A DNA stretch of 64,000 bases. Source: Selaginella moellendorffii. Its lineage: Eukaryota > Plantae > Lycopodiophyta. Positions 60,945 through 64,000 of the stretch are shown here, one piece after another. Location of the stretch: positions 472,078 through 536,077 of the forward strand of contig NW_003314262.1 of assembly GCF_000143415.4 (NCBI RefSeq). The letters are read 5' to 3'. The position numbers were made by a program, and so were the translations under genes. The notes beneath the pieces are model-generated. The model was not told the DNA's origin and ran no database searches. It saw nothing but the letters and a program-made list of their open reading frames with translations. Each line of letters starts with the position of its first letter. Positions within the stretch are counted from its first letter, which is position 1.

Positions 60945-63440
60945 ATGTAAACTTCTAAATTTAGACTTCTCGGGAAGTTATCCACCTAAGGACTCTTAAC
61001 CTCAAATATCCTAAAACCCTTAATCAATTAGAAAAGGGGGTATAATGTTATTCATGGGCTTTTTCTTTTTATATTTAAACCCTATGGATCATCTCTTGAG
61101 TTATTCTTTTTGGTTATTTACATGAAATAAAGAAAGTGTTTCTAATAGATTTAATGAGAACTAAATAAACAAAGGTAGAGAACTACCACTGATGATCTAA
61201 TAAGACTTTAAGCTGGAAAAACTATACTCCTTATAAGATGGGTAAAGTATGATGAGGCCTAGATGTCAAACCACTGACAAATATTAACTTAGTGCTATGG
61301 ATGAAAATAGTAATCCATGATAAGGTTACTTTATAAAATGGTTTATCATTTGATAAAGACATTGAACTTTGTCTATGGGTGGTGGAGTTGTGAGACACAA
61401 ATCCCTAATCCCCAAAGTGGAGCCAAAAGGGTGTCATATGGCAATGGTCAAAATGAAAGCCCAATAATTGTAATATAATAGGATCAAAAACTCTGATTCA
61501 AAAAAGTGAGAGCGGGAGTGGAACTCCAAATGAAGTACTTGAGGGATAAACACAAAGCGATTGATGAATGAGTCTCTAGAAAAAGACATAAAAAAGACTA
61601 ACACATGGCAAATATCGTGACATATAGAAGTGTTAGGATTGAGTCTGAGAAGGAATCTAAGAAAGAGTCCGAGATGGAGTCTGAAAAGGAGTCTAAGAAG
61701 AAGTCTAAAAAGGAGTCCGAGAATAAGTTTGAGATAGAGTTCAAGAAGAAGTTTGAAATGGAGTTTGAGATAAAGTGTGAGATGGATGTAATTAACTAAA
61801 GGGAATGATTCGAAAGATGATTTATAAAGGTTTAAATATAAAGGGAAAAGGCATACCCCCTTTTCCAATCAGTTAAAGGTTTTGGGATACTTGGAATTAA
61901 GTGTCCTTAGATTTGAATATTATTATGTTGGGTGACCTTCTGGAAAGTCTAAATCCAGAAGCTTACATTTGGTATCAGAAGGGTCTTAGATTCGACTCTG
62001 TTGGTTGGTTAGGGGAATCACACCATATATTAATTGACATCTGGTCTTGGATCTAACTCTGTTGGTTACTTAGGGGAATCACACCACATGTTAATTGACA
62101 TCTGGCAAATCCAACTTGCTCCACTAGCTGTGAGCTTCCGTTCATGAAAGTGTCAACTTGCAAGAAAGCATAGTAGATTATAAATAACTAAAAAAAACAA
62201 TTCGAAAAATGATTTATAAGGGTTCAAATATAAAAGAAAAAGGTTCATGAATAAAAGTTCACCTTCTTTTCCAATCGGTTAAAGTTTTTGGGATACTTAG
62301 TGTTAAGCATTCTTAGGTTTGAATATTATTGGGTCAAATGACCTTTTGGGAAATCCAAATTCAAGTGCTTACAATAGAGTTCGAGTTGGGGACCAAGACC
62401 AAGACCGAGTTTGAGTTTGAGTCAAAGTCCAAGTCTAAGGGTGAAAACCCAAAGTGATCATCTCCCAGACCATAAGGGGTTTAGTGAGCTTCAAAAGGAT
62501 AATAGGGGGAGGACTCCAGTGGAATCAATTTGGCTAAGAAAGGTCAATGTAATCAAGGAAAAATATACCTATATAGTGGGTGATGATATAACCATTATGA
62601 AGGAGTCCAAAACTAGAGTGAATATAGATGGATAAATAGGGTAACTTAATGAAGAGTTCAAGAGCCAGCTTTAGCTCCTGATGCTTTTAATCCAAATGTG
62701 GATGGCACTACTTACTTGCATATCTAGCATGGTTAAATGCCATCCCAAAGTCCCAAATTGTGGAAAAGAAGGAACAATCCTCTTGTGTAATGATCAAGGA
62801 TATGGCCATATGGCAAAAAAGTCCTAAATGTCAATGGGATTTAATGGTTGGGCTTTCAAGCCTTACCTAGTGGCAGTGTTAGTGAGCATAGCCATGGAAA
62901 AAAAAAGACTTAGTAGGGACTAAAGAAGGGATATTAAGGAAGGGTGTTTCTTATATTTTTAGGCATCCTAAGAATGCTATGACCATTCATGAATGGATGA
63001 ATTAGTCTTTGGCGTAAGCGCGAACACGTGGAGCATTTGGACTAAGTGCAAAAGTTAAGTGGCATAGATAGCATTTTCAGGGCTAGCAAGTCCCCAAGTC
63101 TAGAATAAGACTTATGGAGGTTGAGAGTGAGACTCCTCTAGGTGGTTAAAATTATAATTAAGTGACTAAAGTAGAATAGAAAAATTATCCCATGACCAAC
63201 ACCCAAGGTTACCACCGACATATCAGTCTATTACACTAAAGCCATGCCTATTTACCCTTGTCACACTGGTGATCTAACACCACCTGTATCACAATTCCGT
63301 GTCTCAAAGACTAAGCCATCCATCCATGAATGATCATTCCAGATCCACTCCTTAACATCTTTAGAATGCCCATAGATATGGGGAACAACTTGTTCCAATA
63401 TTTCTTTTTCAGTCCCTACTAAGTCCCTTTTGGAGCTTAC
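60945..63440. mobile_element. Nested LTR remnants, with Met-tRNA PBS at ~61970
   Basis: ...GCTTACA-TTTGGTATCAGA at 61961-61979; second copy 62210-62372; inverted copy 60950-61090; 63100-63185 is the reverse complement of 20425-20505. Confidence 0.7.
61982..62105. repeat. 61-bp direct repeat, 2 copies, just after the PBS
   Basis: ACTCTGTTGGTT..TTAGGGGAATCACACCA.AT.TTAATTGACATCTGG at 61995 and 62056. Confidence 0.9.
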
Positions 63441-64000
63441 AACCACCTCACCTCAGGCAAAAACTGGTTTGAAATTGAAATGGCTTTCACCAAACTGGTT
63501 TGTAAGCAAACCAGTTTTGTCTATTCCGGTTTGCATGGGTTTGTACTCGGGTAGAGTGCTTTTTTTTGGGGCAATTTGTTTTTTGTTTTTACTGTAATTT
63601 TAAGGTTTTGCAAAAAAAAAGGGGTGGGGTTGTGAAAATCGCATTGTGTGATGAACTTTATTTTTTTTTTTAACCACACAAGAGTTCTTTTGCATGGAGA
63701 AATTAAATTTGATATTTCAACTTCTACAACTTCCTCAAATCCAGGCCAAATCCTTGGCCATTTGGTACTAAACCCTGTTTTTTACTTCTTCCTTGCTTAG
63801 GAGCCTCATTGATAAAAATGGGACAAAAAGTCTCCCATAGAAACATTTACCTCTAAACAAAGACAACTTCCCCTCACAGTGAGATTCTTGAACTTGCTCA
63901 TTGTGTCATATTGAAATGATTGCACAACCAGGTGTTATTGGCAATGATTATTTGAAATCCCCCACTCTCAACAAAGACTGTCCATTTGCCATGGATCATT

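Noticed and set aside
61434-61868. Leu-rich and Glu/Lys-rich ORFs
   Set aside because: Arise from a 6/12-bp periodic repeat inside LTR remnants.
63458-64000. CAAAACTGGTTT...AAACCAGTTTTG palindrome and adjacent coding-like DNA
   Set aside because: Possibly a TE end, but it is truncated by the window and no domain is recognisable.

Overview
Eukaryotic land-plant nuclear DNA with very high gene density, ~50-60 nt introns and GC-rich exons. This most resembles the lycophyte Selaginella moellendorffii (inference from architecture and gene content; not verified by search). Two gene-dense blocks (1-8.4 kb and 22.3-57.2 kb) hold a tRNA-Asp and about 23 protein genes: RLCK-XI kinase, PRP22-like helicase, H2A, a small conserved protein, Nudix hydrolase, F-box/LRR, DnaJ-RRM, type-A response regulator, synaptotagmin, ABCA transporter, BAG-domain protein, tandem ubiquitin-like protein, Sec20, a plastid protein, CYP450, Sen54, RAY1, a compact XRN-like nuclease, translin, potato inhibitor I, cytosolic glucan phosphorylase, a multi-pass membrane protein and a PLS-PPR. 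Two AT-rich blocks (8.5-22 kb and 57.8-64 kb) are mostly decayed LTR retrotransposons. Several spliced genes are missing or fragmented in the ORF track and were rebuilt by hand from GT-AG boundaries. The most interesting items are: (1) an intact, extremely AT-rich, intronless secreted gene fusing an unrecognised domain to a bulb-type lectin, inside the TE block; (2) an intronless minimal XRN-like nuclease with giant-virus-like architecture and a remodelled 5'-phosphate pocket; (3) a membrane-anchored BAG protein carrying p97/CDC48-binding-like motifs, tail-to-tail with a tandem DWNN/ubiquitin-like gene; (4) head-to-head gene pairs whose start codons are only 34-51 bp apart.
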